DNA of 64,000 nucleotides from an uncultured virus (IMG/VR IMGVR_UViG_3300010348_001764). Lineage: Duplodnaviria; Heunggongvirae; Uroviricota; Caudoviricetes. Made by a program: the position numbers and the translations under genes. The notes beneath the pieces were generated by a model. That model did no database searches and was not told the DNA's origin. It worked only from the letters and a program-made list of their open reading frames with translations. This document shows, one piece after another, positions 47,862 to 57,443 of this stretch (positions are counted from its first letter, which is position 1; every line of letters starts with the position of its first letter). The stretch is taken from the IMG/VR virus record IMGVR_UViG_3300010348_001764; one strand, 5' to 3'.

Positions 47862-48089
47862 ATGAGCCAAGGTCCCTACCCCCGGCCCTTCACCTTCGAG
47901 AAGGCGGTGGCCGAGTCCGCCAAGACGATTGCCGAGAACGCGAGCTGGCCTCGCGGCATCGTGATGGCCGCCATGGCCTTCGCCTTCTCGCTGGCCTACA
48001 ACCGGCCGATCAAGGAGGTGCACGAGGCCATCAAGGCCGCCACCCTGCCGCGCGAGTCTGGCGCCTACTGGTTCGGGAAGCAGCTGTGA
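47862..48089 (+). CDS. Hypothetical protein
   Basis: RBS aggag. Confidence 0.6.
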   Translation: MSQGPYPRPFTFEKAVAESAKTIAENASWPRGIVMAAMAFAFSLAYNRPIKEVHEAIKAATLPRESGAYWFGKQL

Positions 48090-48292
48090 AGCGCCCTCTC
48101 ATCGATCCCTCGCTCGCCTACGTCGACCTCGACGAGGAGGGCTACTTCCGGCTCTGGCTGTCGTACTACCCCGCCGGGTCCGGTCCGCTGGGCGTCATGA
48201 AGACCGTCTGCGCCCTCATCGAATCCATCTGCCACCTGCGCGGCATCGACACCAGCCAGTGGCCCGCCCGCGCCACCAAGGAGCTCTCATGA
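48086..48292 (+). CDS. Hypothetical protein
   Basis: GTGA coupling. Confidence 0.55.
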   Translation: MKRPLIDPSLAYVDLDEEGYFRLWLSYYPAGSGPLGVMKTVCALIESICHLRGIDTSQWPARATKELS

Positions 48293-48453
48293 CCGCCTAC
48301 CTCGCCGTCACCACGGCCATCTTCACCTTCATGTTCATCATCTGGAGCCGCCGCAGCTGGATCGACGTGTTCCTCAAGGTCGCGTTCTTCGGCATGGCCG
48401 GCTGGTCCGGCTTCCTGCTGTTCGAGGCGCTCGGCTACATCCTGAAGGGCTGA
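48289..48453 (+). CDS. Small membrane protein
   Basis: Two hydrophobic segments; RBS aggag. Confidence 0.6.
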   Translation: MTAYLAVTTAIFTFMFIIWSRRSWIDVFLKVAFFGMAGWSGFLLFEALGYILKG

Positions 48454-48455
48454 TC

Positions 48456-49247
48456 ATGGACGACACCGACTTCATCGGCTGGTTCTTCCGGCCCGAGATC
48501 AACCAGGAACGGACCTCGATGGTCGAGGACTCGCTGCACTTCATCCGCGAGGGCCTGCGCGAGGAGTCCGGCCCGCCCAAGCCCAGCGCCATCTACCCGG
48601 CGTTCGAGGCGGTGTGCAAGGCCGCGATGTACGACCACCTCAACGCGCCGTTCGTCATCAAGAAGGGCAAGACCCCGAGGATGGACTACCGCGACGCTGG
48701 CGACTCCATGCTGGTGTTCGCAGCGGCCTTCCTCGACGAGCACCAGTGGTCGAACTCCGGCGGGCCTATCGCGGCGTGGCGCTGCGGTCCCTTCAGCGAC
48801 GAACTGCAGCAGCGACTCAACTCCTTCTGGCACCCGACCATCGACGAGGAGCACACCTCCACCCGCGTCGCGTTCGAGGTGGTCTACTCCAACCTGGCTC
48901 GTGCCAACACGCGCATCACGCTGCTGAGCACCCTGCGCCGGCTGCTGAAGCTGCGCGAGCCGGTGAACTTCATGGAGATCCGCACCGAGCTGTGGATGCG
49001 CAAGGTCCAGTTCCAGCGCGAGCTGATGGTCCTCGGCGCTCTCGGCGGCGAGGAGCTGCTGCGCACGGCGGTGGTCACGGTCGCCCCGCAGACCATCATC
49101 TCGGGCGACAGGATCACCAAGTACTCGCTGATCCAGCTGGTGCAGCGCGACGGCTACATGCCTGGCCGCTGGATGTCGGTGACCGAGGACGGCCTCCGAG
49201 ATGACCTCGAGACCAGCTTCAAGCGCCTGACGGGAGACGCCGCGTGA
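48456..49247 (+). CDS. Hypothetical protein
   Basis: 263-aa ORF with typical codon usage. Confidence 0.65.
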   Translation: MDDTDFIGWFFRPEINQERTSMVEDSLHFIREGLREESGPPKPSAIYPAFEAVCKAAMYDHLNAPFVIKKGKTPRMDYRDAGDSMLVFAAAFLDEHQWSNSGGPIAAWRCGPFSDELQQRLNSFWHPTIDEEHTSTRVAFEVVYSNLARANTRITLLSTLRRLLKLREPVNFMEIRTELWMRKVQFQRELMVLGALGGEELLRTAVVTVAPQTIISGDRITKYSLIQLVQRDGYMPGRWMSVTEDGLRDDLETSFKRLTGDAA

Positions 49248-49699
49248 AGGCCGCGCTCGTCGCGGGTGTCCTGACAGTGGCTGCCGGAGGGGCAGCCGCG
49301 GACGAGCTCCTGTTCCACACCTTCTCGGTGCACGGCCACAAGCGCTTCTTCAACGACGACGGCTCGTCCGGCGTCTACAACAACACGAACCTCGGCGTTG
49401 GCTGGCGCACGGACGGGAGCTACGTGCTGGGCGCGTACTACAACTCGTACCGTCGGCCGACCGTCTACGCCGGCCGCTGGCTGCTGTGGGAGGTGTCCGA
49501 GTCCGTGCAGCTCGGTGGGTGGGCTGCCCTGGCCACCGGCTACAAGGACTACATCACGCGGCGTGAGCTGAACGTCATCGGCGCTCTGACCTTCCGTTAC
49601 TCCCTGGGAGGCGGGTACAGCGCGTACATATCTGGAGTGCCCCGTCTCGGGGCCACGGATGCCGTCGTCAACTTCACCCTCGGAAAGGAGCTCAGATGA
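49244..49699 (+). CDS. PagP-like outer-membrane beta-barrel protein
   Basis: Signal peptide; SVH..YNNTNLGVGW, GAYYNSY.RPTVYAG, LATGY pattern of PagP-related barrels. Confidence 0.6.
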   Translation: MKAALVAGVLTVAAGGAAADELLFHTFSVHGHKRFFNDDGSSGVYNNTNLGVGWRTDGSYVLGAYYNSYRRPTVYAGRWLLWEVSESVQLGGWAALATGYKDYITRRELNVIGALTFRYSLGGGYSAYISGVPRLGATDAVVNFTLGKELR

Positions 49700-50220
49700 A
49701 GCGCTTCCTTCTCTTGCTGCTCCTCGCCTGTGGCGTCGCGCATGCCAACCCTGTCACCGACCTCTACGGGGCTCTCGTCCAAGACGAGGGCCCTTTCTCC
49801 ATTGAGGAGGTCACGGCCCAGACGCCAAGCCCGCTCCTCACTGGCTACCAGGCCAAGACGCGCAAGTGCGAGCTGCTCGTCAACACGAACACGTTCCAGG
49901 CGACGGGTAGCTGGGCCATCTTCCAGGTGGTGCACGAGGTCGGCCACTGCAAGGCCCTCCGCGCCGGCGTGACGATCATCGGTGAGCCGAACCAGAACGA
50001 TGAGGCCATCGCTGACATGTTCGCGGTGGCGTGGATGATGCGCAACATGTCCGAGCTGCTGCCCGACGCGCTCAACCAGCTCATCGAGCACCGCAAGATC
50101 GATCGCATGATCGACCAGCGCTACAACACGTTCACGGCCATCCAGCGCGCGCTGCGCATCTACCCTCAGTTCCCAGGAGCTGACCCATGGGCGTTCACGA
50201 TCAAGCAGTTTCAACAGTGA
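49696..50220 (+). CDS. Secreted zincin-type metallopeptidase
   Basis: Signal peptide (AHA|N), HEVGH, downstream E..AD.FA. Confidence 0.7.
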   Translation: MKRFLLLLLLACGVAHANPVTDLYGALVQDEGPFSIEEVTAQTPSPLLTGYQAKTRKCELLVNTNTFQATGSWAIFQVVHEVGHCKALRAGVTIIGEPNQNDEAIADMFAVAWMMRNMSELLPDALNQLIEHRKIDRMIDQRYNTFTAIQRALRIYPQFPGADPWAFTIKQFQQ

Positions 50221-50453
50221 GCCTGCTCTTCAGCAGCCTCCTCAGCCTGGGCTCCGCTGCCTGGGTGTGGTGGCTTCCCAGCCACCTGAAGGACGTTGAC
50301 GCCTACAGCGGAACGCTCATGATCGCCTTTGGGGCGGTGCTGACGATGGGTTCGCTGGCGCAGGCCAAGGGCGGCCGAGACCGCTTCAACGCGTACTGCG
50401 GTGCCTGTGCGTGGCTGCTGGCCGTCGTGATGACGGCCTACCTGCTGCCTTAG
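50217..50453 (+). CDS. Small membrane protein
   Basis: Three hydrophobic segments. Confidence 0.5.
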   Translation: MSLLFSSLLSLGSAAWVWWLPSHLKDVDAYSGTLMIAFGAVLTMGSLAQAKGGRDRFNAYCGACAWLLAVVMTAYLLP

Positions 50454-52264
50454 AAGTGCGAGATGTTGGCTGAAGCCTGCTTCAGCTCGCGTACCACGTG
50501 CGTGAAGCTCTCACGGCTGTCCAGCAGCATGTAGACCTGGCTGTGGTTGGCGTGGTAGAGGTTCACGAAGTTCTCCTTGTTCGAGCCAGCCACAATGTCG
50601 GTGTCGGTCATGATCACGACGTTGTACTTCTCGCGCAGAAACTCCTGAAGCTTGGCGACCAGGTCCGCATCGAAGTTGGTGCCGCCGCCGACGTGGCGTG
50701 ACATCAGGCTCGAGAGGTCGATATTGGCACCGCCAGCTGAGCCGCGCATTCCCTCAACGCCCTTGATCTCGATTGCCGAGCCCTTGTTGCCGGCCGAGAT
50801 GGTGCAGCGGTAAACATGGAAGTTGCTTGAGAACTCGACGATGGCGAACGTCTTTGAGACTGCAGTGCCGTTCTCCTTGAAGAGCTTGTTCAGCTCAGCG
50901 AACGTCTTTAGGATGGCGTTGTGCATCGAGCCTGAGCTGTCGATGACGAGGCACATCTTCACGAGGTTGGCTGGAACTTCCTTCTCACCAGGACGGATGA
51001 CGCCAGCACCGGTTTGAGCGGCGACGTGCACGCCAGTGATGTTGCGGCGGTGGACCTTCTGGTAGGTAACCTCAGTCGTGTCAGCTGAGCGCACGAGGCG
51101 GTCGAGCAGCTGCTTCCAGTTGAAGCGCGGCTTGATGGACTTCCAGTCAACTGCGGTCGGCGTCAGGTCGTGGCGGCCACCAGGACCGCCCTGGTCGGCC
51201 TTGGCGGACGGCTTGTCGTTCTTGTTGGGGTCGTACTCGGCGCCCTCTTGCTTCTTGCCGGCCTTCTGTGAAGCCTTCTTACCGGCTTCCTCCAGCTCCT
51301 CCTCGGTTGGCTCACCTTGGTGGGCAGGCACCGGCTGCTTGGGGCCGTCGAAGAAGTCGTGGCTGTCGCCCATGCCGCTCATCAGCTTCTTGATAAGCTT
51401 CTGCAGGGGAGGCGTGAGCTTGTCGAACTCGTTCTTCACCAGGTCGTACATCTCCTTGTACGTCTTCTGGCGGTCGTAGTTGATGTGGTCGTTGTAGAGG
51501 CCGTTCTTGTACGGCTCGTGGCCTGCCTTGACGAGGTCGTAGTTCGAGCGGAAGTCGCCGACCCAGTTGATGATGGTCGGATCGCCCTTCAGGATCTTCT
51601 GGTAGTGGAAGTCCGCGTGCGTGTAGTGGAAGAACTCGTGCAGCACCGTGAACTCCACGATGCACCACTCGTCTGGGAACTCGCCGCCGTTGCTCTTGTA
51701 CTTCTTGGACTTGGGCTTGATGCCGGTGACGTAGGCCCAGTTCATGTCCTTCTGCATGCACTTCGTGTTGAAGATGAACTCGCCGGTCGGGGTGGCGGCA
51801 GCGGTCTCAACGCTGTTCCACTTCTCATCGGCCTTGTCCTTGGTTGGAACGAGGATGATGCGAGGTGAGGCAAGCGGCTTCTTGTCGATGAAGTTGCGCA
51901 GCGGGAAGATGGACGGGTTCTCGGCCTTGATGCGACGGATTAGAGCTGAGAACGTGACAGGGTCAAACTCAGCGCAGCCCTTCGGGATGCCCACGTTGAA
52001 GTGCTTGTAGACGGCGTTGGCAGCCGCGTCCTGGGCGATGGTGTCGTACAGGAGCGGTGACTTCTTCTGCAGCTCCGCAACCTCTTCCATCTCCTTCTGG
52101 ATGTCGGCCTGCAGGGTGGCCGCCTTCTTGGCGTCACCATGCTTGGCGAGGTACGCGATAGCCGCCTGAACGGTTGGGTCGGTCAGCTGCGACTTCGGCG
52201 AAACGGTGCCAGCGGCCCGCTTGCGGTTGTCGATCTTGACCGCGTCTACTTCGTGGAGGTCCAT
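50450..52264 (-). CDS. Metallopeptidase-like (HExxH) + vWA domain protein
   Basis: TAAAT, LHEFFH, NWVGD..N, low-complexity linker, WKQLL, IDSSGSM (MIDAS), GGGTNF, MTD. Confidence 0.85.
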   Translation of the reverse strand: MDLHEVDAVKIDNRKRAAGTVSPKSQLTDPTVQAAIAYLAKHGDAKKAATLQADIQKEMEEVAELQKKSPLLYDTIAQDAAANAVYKHFNVGIPKGCAEFDPVTFSALIRRIKAENPSIFPLRNFIDKKPLASPRIILVPTKDKADEKWNSVETAAATPTGEFIFNTKCMQKDMNWAYVTGIKPKSKKYKSNGGEFPDEWCIVEFTVLHEFFHYTHADFHYQKILKGDPTIINWVGDFRSNYDLVKAGHEPYKNGLYNDHINYDRQKTYKEMYDLVKNEFDKLTPPLQKLIKKLMSGMGDSHDFFDGPKQPVPAHQGEPTEEELEEAGKKASQKAGKKQEGAEYDPNKNDKPSAKADQGGPGGRHDLTPTAVDWKSIKPRFNWKQLLDRLVRSADTTEVTYQKVHRRNITGVHVAAQTGAGVIRPGEKEVPANLVKMCLVIDSSGSMHNAILKTFAELNKLFKENGTAVSKTFAIVEFSSNFHVYRCTISAGNKGSAIEIKGVEGMRGSAGGANIDLSSLMSRHVGGGTNFDADLVAKLQEFLREKYNVVIMTDTDIVAGSNKENFVNLYHANHSQVYMLLDSRESFTHVVRELKQASANISHF

Positions 52265-52265
52265 G

Positions 52266-54878
52266 TCAGAGGTTCTTGATGAAGGCGCTCATTGTGCGGC
52301 TGAAAGCCATGACGTCCATGACGGCATCGGAGTTCTTCTCGGTGATCTGGATCAGCGCCTCGCGGAGCGAGAGCTTCACCATCTCGATCATCTTGTTCGA
52401 GATGTCGTGCAGCTTGAGAGCGTGCAGGATTTCGCGAGCGATGAACTCAAGGCGGGCAACTTCCTTTTCGGTGACCTTCGTCTTAGTGCCCTTCAGTTCC
52501 TTCAGCTTGTGGGTCTTGTCGAACGCCTTGTGCGCGTCCTGAACCACCTGCGTCACCAGGAACTCGGTGAGCTGCTCCTTGAACTCGACTGGGTCAACGG
52601 ACTGGATGTAGTTCGTGAACTCGAGGTCGTTGAAGAGGTCGTCATCCATCTTCTCGAACGGCTTGGCCAGCAGGCTCGAGAGCGACTTCACGCTCTCAAC
52701 CTTCTTCTTGAAGGCATCACCCAGCGAGAACTTGTCGGTCACCTTGAACCACTCATCGAGGTCGCCCATCCACTCAGGAGCATCGATGCCGTGCTTGTGG
52801 TGGAGGATGTACTGCAGCGAGTGCTTGTACGAACGGGCGATGGCGTCGCGGACCTTGTCTTCCGACTGGCCAGCATCGTGCTCAGGGTCGTTGATCATCT
52901 TCTCCATCTCGCGCTGGTAGGCGCGGTCGATGGCGACAGCGGTGTTCGTCAGCAGGTCGTGGTACTCACGGCCAGAGATGTAGACCGGGGTGGCAGCAAC
53001 GTTGAGGTAGAAGTGCGGGTCAACGTTGTCAATCTTCTCACCCTTGACACGGAAGTGCTCAGTAAACGCGCGCAGCACGTCCATAGCGATCGCGCGAGCT
53101 TCAGGAGAGACGCCCATCTTCGCCATGGCTGGCTCGACGTTCTTCTCCAGGTGGCCCTTGAACTTCTCATGACGCACACCGACTGGGATGACGTCGAAGA
53201 CGTCGCGCACGTGCTTCGTCAGCTCAACCACGCCCTTGCCGGTCGGGTTGATGGCGGCAACAACGACTGCCTCCTTCGGCAGCTTGTACTCGTGCGTGAA
53301 CTCCTTTTCGAGGAGCACCTTGCGGATGGCGTTGAAGACCTTCGTGTTCGTGCGGTTCAGCTCGTCGAAGAAGATCATGTACTTGACCGGCGACTTCTGC
53401 CAGGCAGCGAACTTCGCCTCGCCTGCTTCCTTGCCGTCGAGCTTGATGAGGCGCTCCTTGAGGTTGGCCTCACCCTTCTTCATCTCGTTCTGGATGTAGT
53501 CGTACAGCGGCGGACGAGCGAACGTTACCTCGATGTTGGTGTCGTCATCGTCGGCTTCCACGATGAGGCTCTCGGCCGTCACCTTCTTGGCAGGTGCAGC
53601 GCCCTTCTTCGTGGTCTTGGCGAGCGGAACGCCGATGACTTCTTCAGGCGACAGGTTCTGAACGTCGATGACGATCGGAACGAGGTTGAGGTCGGTGGCG
53701 ATCTCGTGGATGTAGCGCGTCTTACCGGCACCTGGCTTGCCGCCGATGACCGGGATGTACTTGCGTGCCTCGCCTGCCTTGATGCGCGTTTCGATCTGGT
53801 GCTTGAGGATGTCGCGCCAGTCACCTTCGTCGACGTTGGCCTCCGAGGCGGTGATCTTCGACTTCTCCTTGATCAGCTCCTGCACCGTCTTCAGCACGTC
53901 CTTGGCGATCTCGGCCTTGGCACCGTCCTGGTAGTTCTTGAAGTTGACCTCGACGTTCTTCATCAGCAGGTCGGCGTCGCGCTGGTCCTTGACCGGCAGG
54001 GCGGCGTTGATGTAGACGAGCAGCTGTTCCCAGCGACGCGGAGAGACGCGCACGTCGGCCTCGAGGTCGTCCAGCGACAGCGAGCCCTTGTGCTTCTTCA
54101 TCAGCTCGTAGAAGCGGCTGATGAGGTCGTCATCCATCTTGCCCTTGTACTTCGTGAGGATGTACGCGAACCACTCGTCGAGCGACGGCGTGTCGAAGTT
54201 GATCATGCGAAAGTCCTCGTTCTCGAGGATGTCACCGACACCCTGGTCAACGAGGTTGGAGGCGAACAGCACGTACACGTTCGACGGCAGCTCGTGCGCG
54301 CCGATGCGGCCGTTCAGGATCGAGCGCAGCATGTTGCGGATCGAGGAGCTGGTCTGACGGAAGTACTCGTCAAGGAACAGCACCACGTCGTAGCGCTGGC
54401 GCAGCTTGACGATCTCGCCAGGGATCTTCTTGTCCGTGCCGCCCAGCTTCTCCCAGATCAGCTTGAGGTCTGGGCGCTTTGCGATGCCAGCGAGCAGCTG
54501 CGCGTCTGGGATCTTGGTAGCCTGCGTGAGAGCCGAGTGCAGGTTCGACTTGGCGAACTTGATGTCGAACTCGTGCTGACCACCCTTGGTGTCCACGGTC
54601 ATGTGCTTCGTCTCGGTCGAGTTGGCCTTGACGACGATGAACGGGATGTCGATGATGTGCTCTTCGACGATGTGCGGCGTTTCGATGATGACCATCTCAA
54701 GACCGAGCAGCGCGCAGAAGTCACGCACGAACGACGTCTTGCCGACGCCGGTGTCGCCACCAAGCAGGTAGCCGGCCTGCGAGAGACCCGCTGCCTTCAC
54801 GTGCATGTTGTCGAAGATGTGCTCGATGGTCTGGATCTTGCCATCCAGGTTGAGCGAGGATACGTCCAGCTTCTTCAT
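52266..54878 (-). CDS. MoxR-type ATPase with two tandem AAA+ domains
   Basis: GDTGVGKT/FLDEYFR/ASN/SPRRW and GKPGAGKT/FFDELNR/AAINP/SGREY. Confidence 0.85.
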   Translation of the reverse strand: MKKLDVSSLNLDGKIQTIEHIFDNMHVKAAGLSQAGYLLGGDTGVGKTSFVRDFCALLGLEMVIIETPHIVEEHIIDIPFIVVKANSTETKHMTVDTKGGQHEFDIKFAKSNLHSALTQATKIPDAQLLAGIAKRPDLKLIWEKLGGTDKKIPGEIVKLRQRYDVVLFLDEYFRQTSSSIRNMLRSILNGRIGAHELPSNVYVLFASNLVDQGVGDILENEDFRMINFDTPSLDEWFAYILTKYKGKMDDDLISRFYELMKKHKGSLSLDDLEADVRVSPRRWEQLLVYINAALPVKDQRDADLLMKNVEVNFKNYQDGAKAEIAKDVLKTVQELIKEKSKITASEANVDEGDWRDILKHQIETRIKAGEARKYIPVIGGKPGAGKTRYIHEIATDLNLVPIVIDVQNLSPEEVIGVPLAKTTKKGAAPAKKVTAESLIVEADDDDTNIEVTFARPPLYDYIQNEMKKGEANLKERLIKLDGKEAGEAKFAAWQKSPVKYMIFFDELNRTNTKVFNAIRKVLLEKEFTHEYKLPKEAVVVAAINPTGKGVVELTKHVRDVFDVIPVGVRHEKFKGHLEKNVEPAMAKMGVSPEARAIAMDVLRAFTEHFRVKGEKIDNVDPHFYLNVAATPVYISGREYHDLLTNTAVAIDRAYQREMEKMINDPEHDAGQSEDKVRDAIARSYKHSLQYILHHKHGIDAPEWMGDLDEWFKVTDKFSLGDAFKKKVESVKSLSSLLAKPFEKMDDDLFNDLEFTNYIQSVDPVEFKEQLTEFLVTQVVQDAHKAFDKTHKLKELKGTKTKVTEKEVARLEFIAREILHALKLHDISNKMIEMVKLSLREALIQITEKNSDAVMDVMAFSRTMSAFIKNL

Positions 54879-54886
54879 GAATGGTC

Positions 54887-55165
54887 TCAGTCGTATTGGC
54901 GGATCTTGCGGTGCACGTGCGGGCTGGACTTCTCAACTTGAGCCAGCGCGAAGTCGCGGTGGGCCTGCTCCTTGTCAGAGAGGTCCACCTTGATCTCTGG
55001 ATCTACGACCTTCTTCTTGGCCTCGATCACTGGAGCGGCAGGCTCTTCGAGTGATTGTACCACAGTCGGTGCGGAAGGTACAACCTGTGCCAGCGCTCGG
55101 CCGAGGTCGCGGACTGCGTTTCCTTCCTCGGAGGCGGGCTTGGTAACGAAATGGTGGAGCTTCAT
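54887..55165 (-). CDS. Hypothetical late protein, first gene of the MoxR/vWA operon
   Basis: Minus-strand TAAATA at 55197-55202. Confidence 0.65.
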   Translation of the reverse strand: MKLHHFVTKPASEEGNAVRDLGRALAQVVPSAPTVVQSLEEPAAPVIEAKKKVVDPEIKVDLSDKEQAHRDFALAQVEKSSPHVHRKIRQYD

Positions 55166-55196
55166 GAGCGGTCCCGGTGCGTGAAGTGCTACACCC

Positions 55197-55202
55197 TATT
55201 TA
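55197..55202 (-). promoter_or_regulatory. Late promoter TAAATA
   Basis: TATTTA on the + strand in a divergent intergenic gap. Confidence 0.7.
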
Positions 55203-55226
55203 CGCCACCGGTCGATAGATACCTGC

Positions 55227-55634
55227 ATGGACATCAAGCAGCGTGAGGCTCTCATTGAGCAGGCGGAGTTGGCCTACATCGATCTGATGGGCCAGCTCGA
55301 TCACCTGTTCGAGTGCGCCAACTTCTATCTTCAGCGCTACCCATCCTTCACGCTCTCGGAGGATCGAAAGCAGCTGGAGCTGAAGCGCACCGTAGAGGAG
55401 CTCGGAACCCTTCCAACGCAGCTCGCTGATGTCATCAAGAAGTGGAAGACGGGACAGCCGCAGCTGCTCAGCCCGCACGGCGTTGAGATCCACCTGCTGA
55501 ACGAGATCTGGGTTAACGTGCAGGCGCTCGTCTACTTCTTCATCAGCCACGAGATCGACCTTTACCCCTTCCGCGTCTCTCGTGCCAAGGTTGCCTTCCA
55601 GGCCCTCGTGCAGGCCAACCGGCTGATCGTGTAA
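55227..55634 (+). CDS. Hypothetical protein
   Basis: Divergent ORF with typical codon usage. Confidence 0.6.
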   Translation: MDIKQREALIEQAELAYIDLMGQLDHLFECANFYLQRYPSFTLSEDRKQLELKRTVEELGTLPTQLADVIKKWKTGQPQLLSPHGVEIHLLNEIWVNVQALVYFFISHEIDLYPFRVSRAKVAFQALVQANRLIV

Positions 55635-55677
55635 CCTGCGCCCGCAGGTGTACATTTCCGAGCTCTGGGTGTAAAAT
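55630..55677 (+). promoter_or_regulatory. Early promoter TGTAAC...GTGTAC-N18-TAAAAT
   Basis: Read directly from the sequence. Confidence 0.7.
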
Positions 55678-55727
55678 AGACCTGCCTGCGATGAGTGGGC
55701 AACCATCAACTTCTCGGAGAACGAGCC

Positions 55728-56570
55728 ATGTCAAGCACTGACAAGACGTCCCTTGGGGACCGCATGAAGGCCTACGAGGCCCCATCCACGACGCGCAAGG
55801 CGTTCAAAGGACAACCGCTGGTGGTCCGCCTGGATGGCAAATCCTTCCACACCTGGACCAAGGGCCTGCAGCGCCCCTTCGATGCTCGCCTGCAGGGCAT
55901 CATGAGGAAGGTGACCGAAGCGCTGGTCGAGCGCTTTCAACCGCTGGTCGGCTACACGCAGTCGGACGAGATCACGCTCGTCTGGTACAGCGCGCCGCAT
56001 GAGACGACCGAGTACCCGTTCGACGGTCGGTTCCAGAAGCTGGAGAGCCTGACGGCGGCGTACGCCACGGCCGTGTTCAACCACCTGGTGCCGCAGTTCA
56101 TCCCTGAGAAGGCTCCCTTCCTGGCGATGTTCGACAGCCGCGCCTTCGTGGTGCCGACGCTGAAGGAAGCCTACCATGCCATCCTGTGGCGGCAGCAGGA
56201 CGCGACGAAGAACGCCATCTCGATGGCCGCTCATTCCATGTTCTCGCACTCCAGCCTGCAGGGCCTGCACGGCGCTCAGATGCAGGAGAAGATGTGGGCT
56301 GAGAAGGGCGTGAACTTCAACGACTACCCGGCCGTCTTCAAGCGGGGCATCTTCGTGAAGCGGTTCAAGGTCGAGAAGCAGTTCACGCCTGAGGAGCTGG
56401 CTCGGATCCCCGAGATGCACCGTCCCACTGGCCCGGTCATGCGCACCGTGGTGGAAGCCATGGACGTCTGGCTGAGCAAGGAGGATGACCCGATGGCGGT
56501 TCTCTTCGGCGACGCCATGCCGAAGACGTACACCCAGGAGCTCCTGGAGACCGCGGATACGGGCGAGTGA
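55728..56570 (+). CDS. tRNA(His) guanylyltransferase Thg1-like protein (3'-5' nucleotidyltransferase)
   Basis: LGDRMKAYE, VRLDGKSFH, YTQSDEITL, FDGRFQKL, FDSR, WRQQDATKN, KRG. Confidence 0.9.
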   Translation: MSSTDKTSLGDRMKAYEAPSTTRKAFKGQPLVVRLDGKSFHTWTKGLQRPFDARLQGIMRKVTEALVERFQPLVGYTQSDEITLVWYSAPHETTEYPFDGRFQKLESLTAAYATAVFNHLVPQFIPEKAPFLAMFDSRAFVVPTLKEAYHAILWRQQDATKNAISMAAHSMFSHSSLQGLHGAQMQEKMWAEKGVNFNDYPAVFKRGIFVKRFKVEKQFTPEELARIPEMHRPTGPVMRTVVEAMDVWLSKEDDPMAVLFGDAMPKTYTQELLETADTGE

Positions 56571-56620
56571 TGTGGCCTAAGCCCAGGGACCGGGTGTCCC
56601 TGGGTGTCACCGGCTCGGAG

Positions 56621-56669
56621 TGTAACGGTTACACTTCTGTCAACACGAGATCCGTGCTTGATGTAGAAT
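56621..56669 (+). promoter_or_regulatory. Early promoter variant TGTAAC-N1-GTTACA-N30-TAGAAT
   Basis: Read directly; -35 box degenerate. Confidence 0.6.
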
Positions 56670-56697
56670 GCAATCACGGTCAACAAGAAGCTGCAAC

Positions 56698-56853
56698 ATG
56701 GACCCCTTGTCGAACTTCAGTATCTGGCTCGGCGACAGCATCGTGAACACGGTGACCTTCTGGCGGAAGATGATCCCGCTGAAGATCGAAGCCGCGTGGA
56801 TCGAGTTTCAGCTCATCCTCGTGGACATCGAGCTCGCCTGGCGAACCCGCTGA
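56698..56853 (+). CDS. Small hypothetical protein
   Basis: Downstream of a promoter. Confidence 0.45.
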   Translation: MDPLSNFSIWLGDSIVNTVTFWRKMIPLKIEAAWIEFQLILVDIELAWRTR

Positions 56854-57324
56854 TCAGCTCTTGCGGTAGCGGTCGTCGTTCCAGTTAAAGCCGCCCTTGG
56901 CGTTGAAGTCATGGGTGCCGAGCGTACCGTACGTGCCTTGAGTTCCGCCGCTGCCCTTTGGGGCACGTTTGATGGAACCCTGCTCATCACGCCGTGCCTT
57001 TGACGAACCCTCATCGTCGGCCTGATTGACTGCCTGAGCGTGACGCTCCTTGGAGGTTGCGACCTTCTCACGGTCGGCCTTGATCTTCTGCCAACGGGCC
57101 AGGGCCTGCTGAGCGAGGTTGTTCTTCTTGTCGGCAAGCAGCTTGAGGCCGCGCTCAGCGGTCATGCGAACCTTCGGGTCCTTGGAGGCGAGCAGCTGGT
57201 TGTACTCCTTGGCGCGCTCATCGTCTGACTTGCCGAAGAGGCCTTCCTCGAGGGAGGCAAACTCCTCGTCGCTCAGGTCGGCGGCGCTCTGGAGCTGATG
57301 GAACTGCTTGAATGAGAGGGACAT
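56854..57324 (-). CDS. Late protein with a capsid-targeting-like N-terminus
   Basis: MSLSFKQF; minus-strand TAAATA at 57354-57359; RBS GAGG. Confidence 0.65.
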   Translation of the reverse strand: MSLSFKQFHQLQSAADLSDEEFASLEEGLFGKSDDERAKEYNQLLASKDPKVRMTAERGLKLLADKKNNLAQQALARWQKIKADREKVATSKERHAQAVNQADDEGSSKARRDEQGSIKRAPKGSGGTQGTYGTLGTHDFNAKGGFNWNDDRYRKS

Positions 57325-57443
57325 GTGGAACCTCAGATGGGGTCGTTTCCGGGTATTTACAGGTCCGGGCGATAACCTGAAGCTTCCCGGTGGCTGATAG
57401 ATAGCGTGTTACAATCAGCTCACAACGGTACCTCCATCACCCC

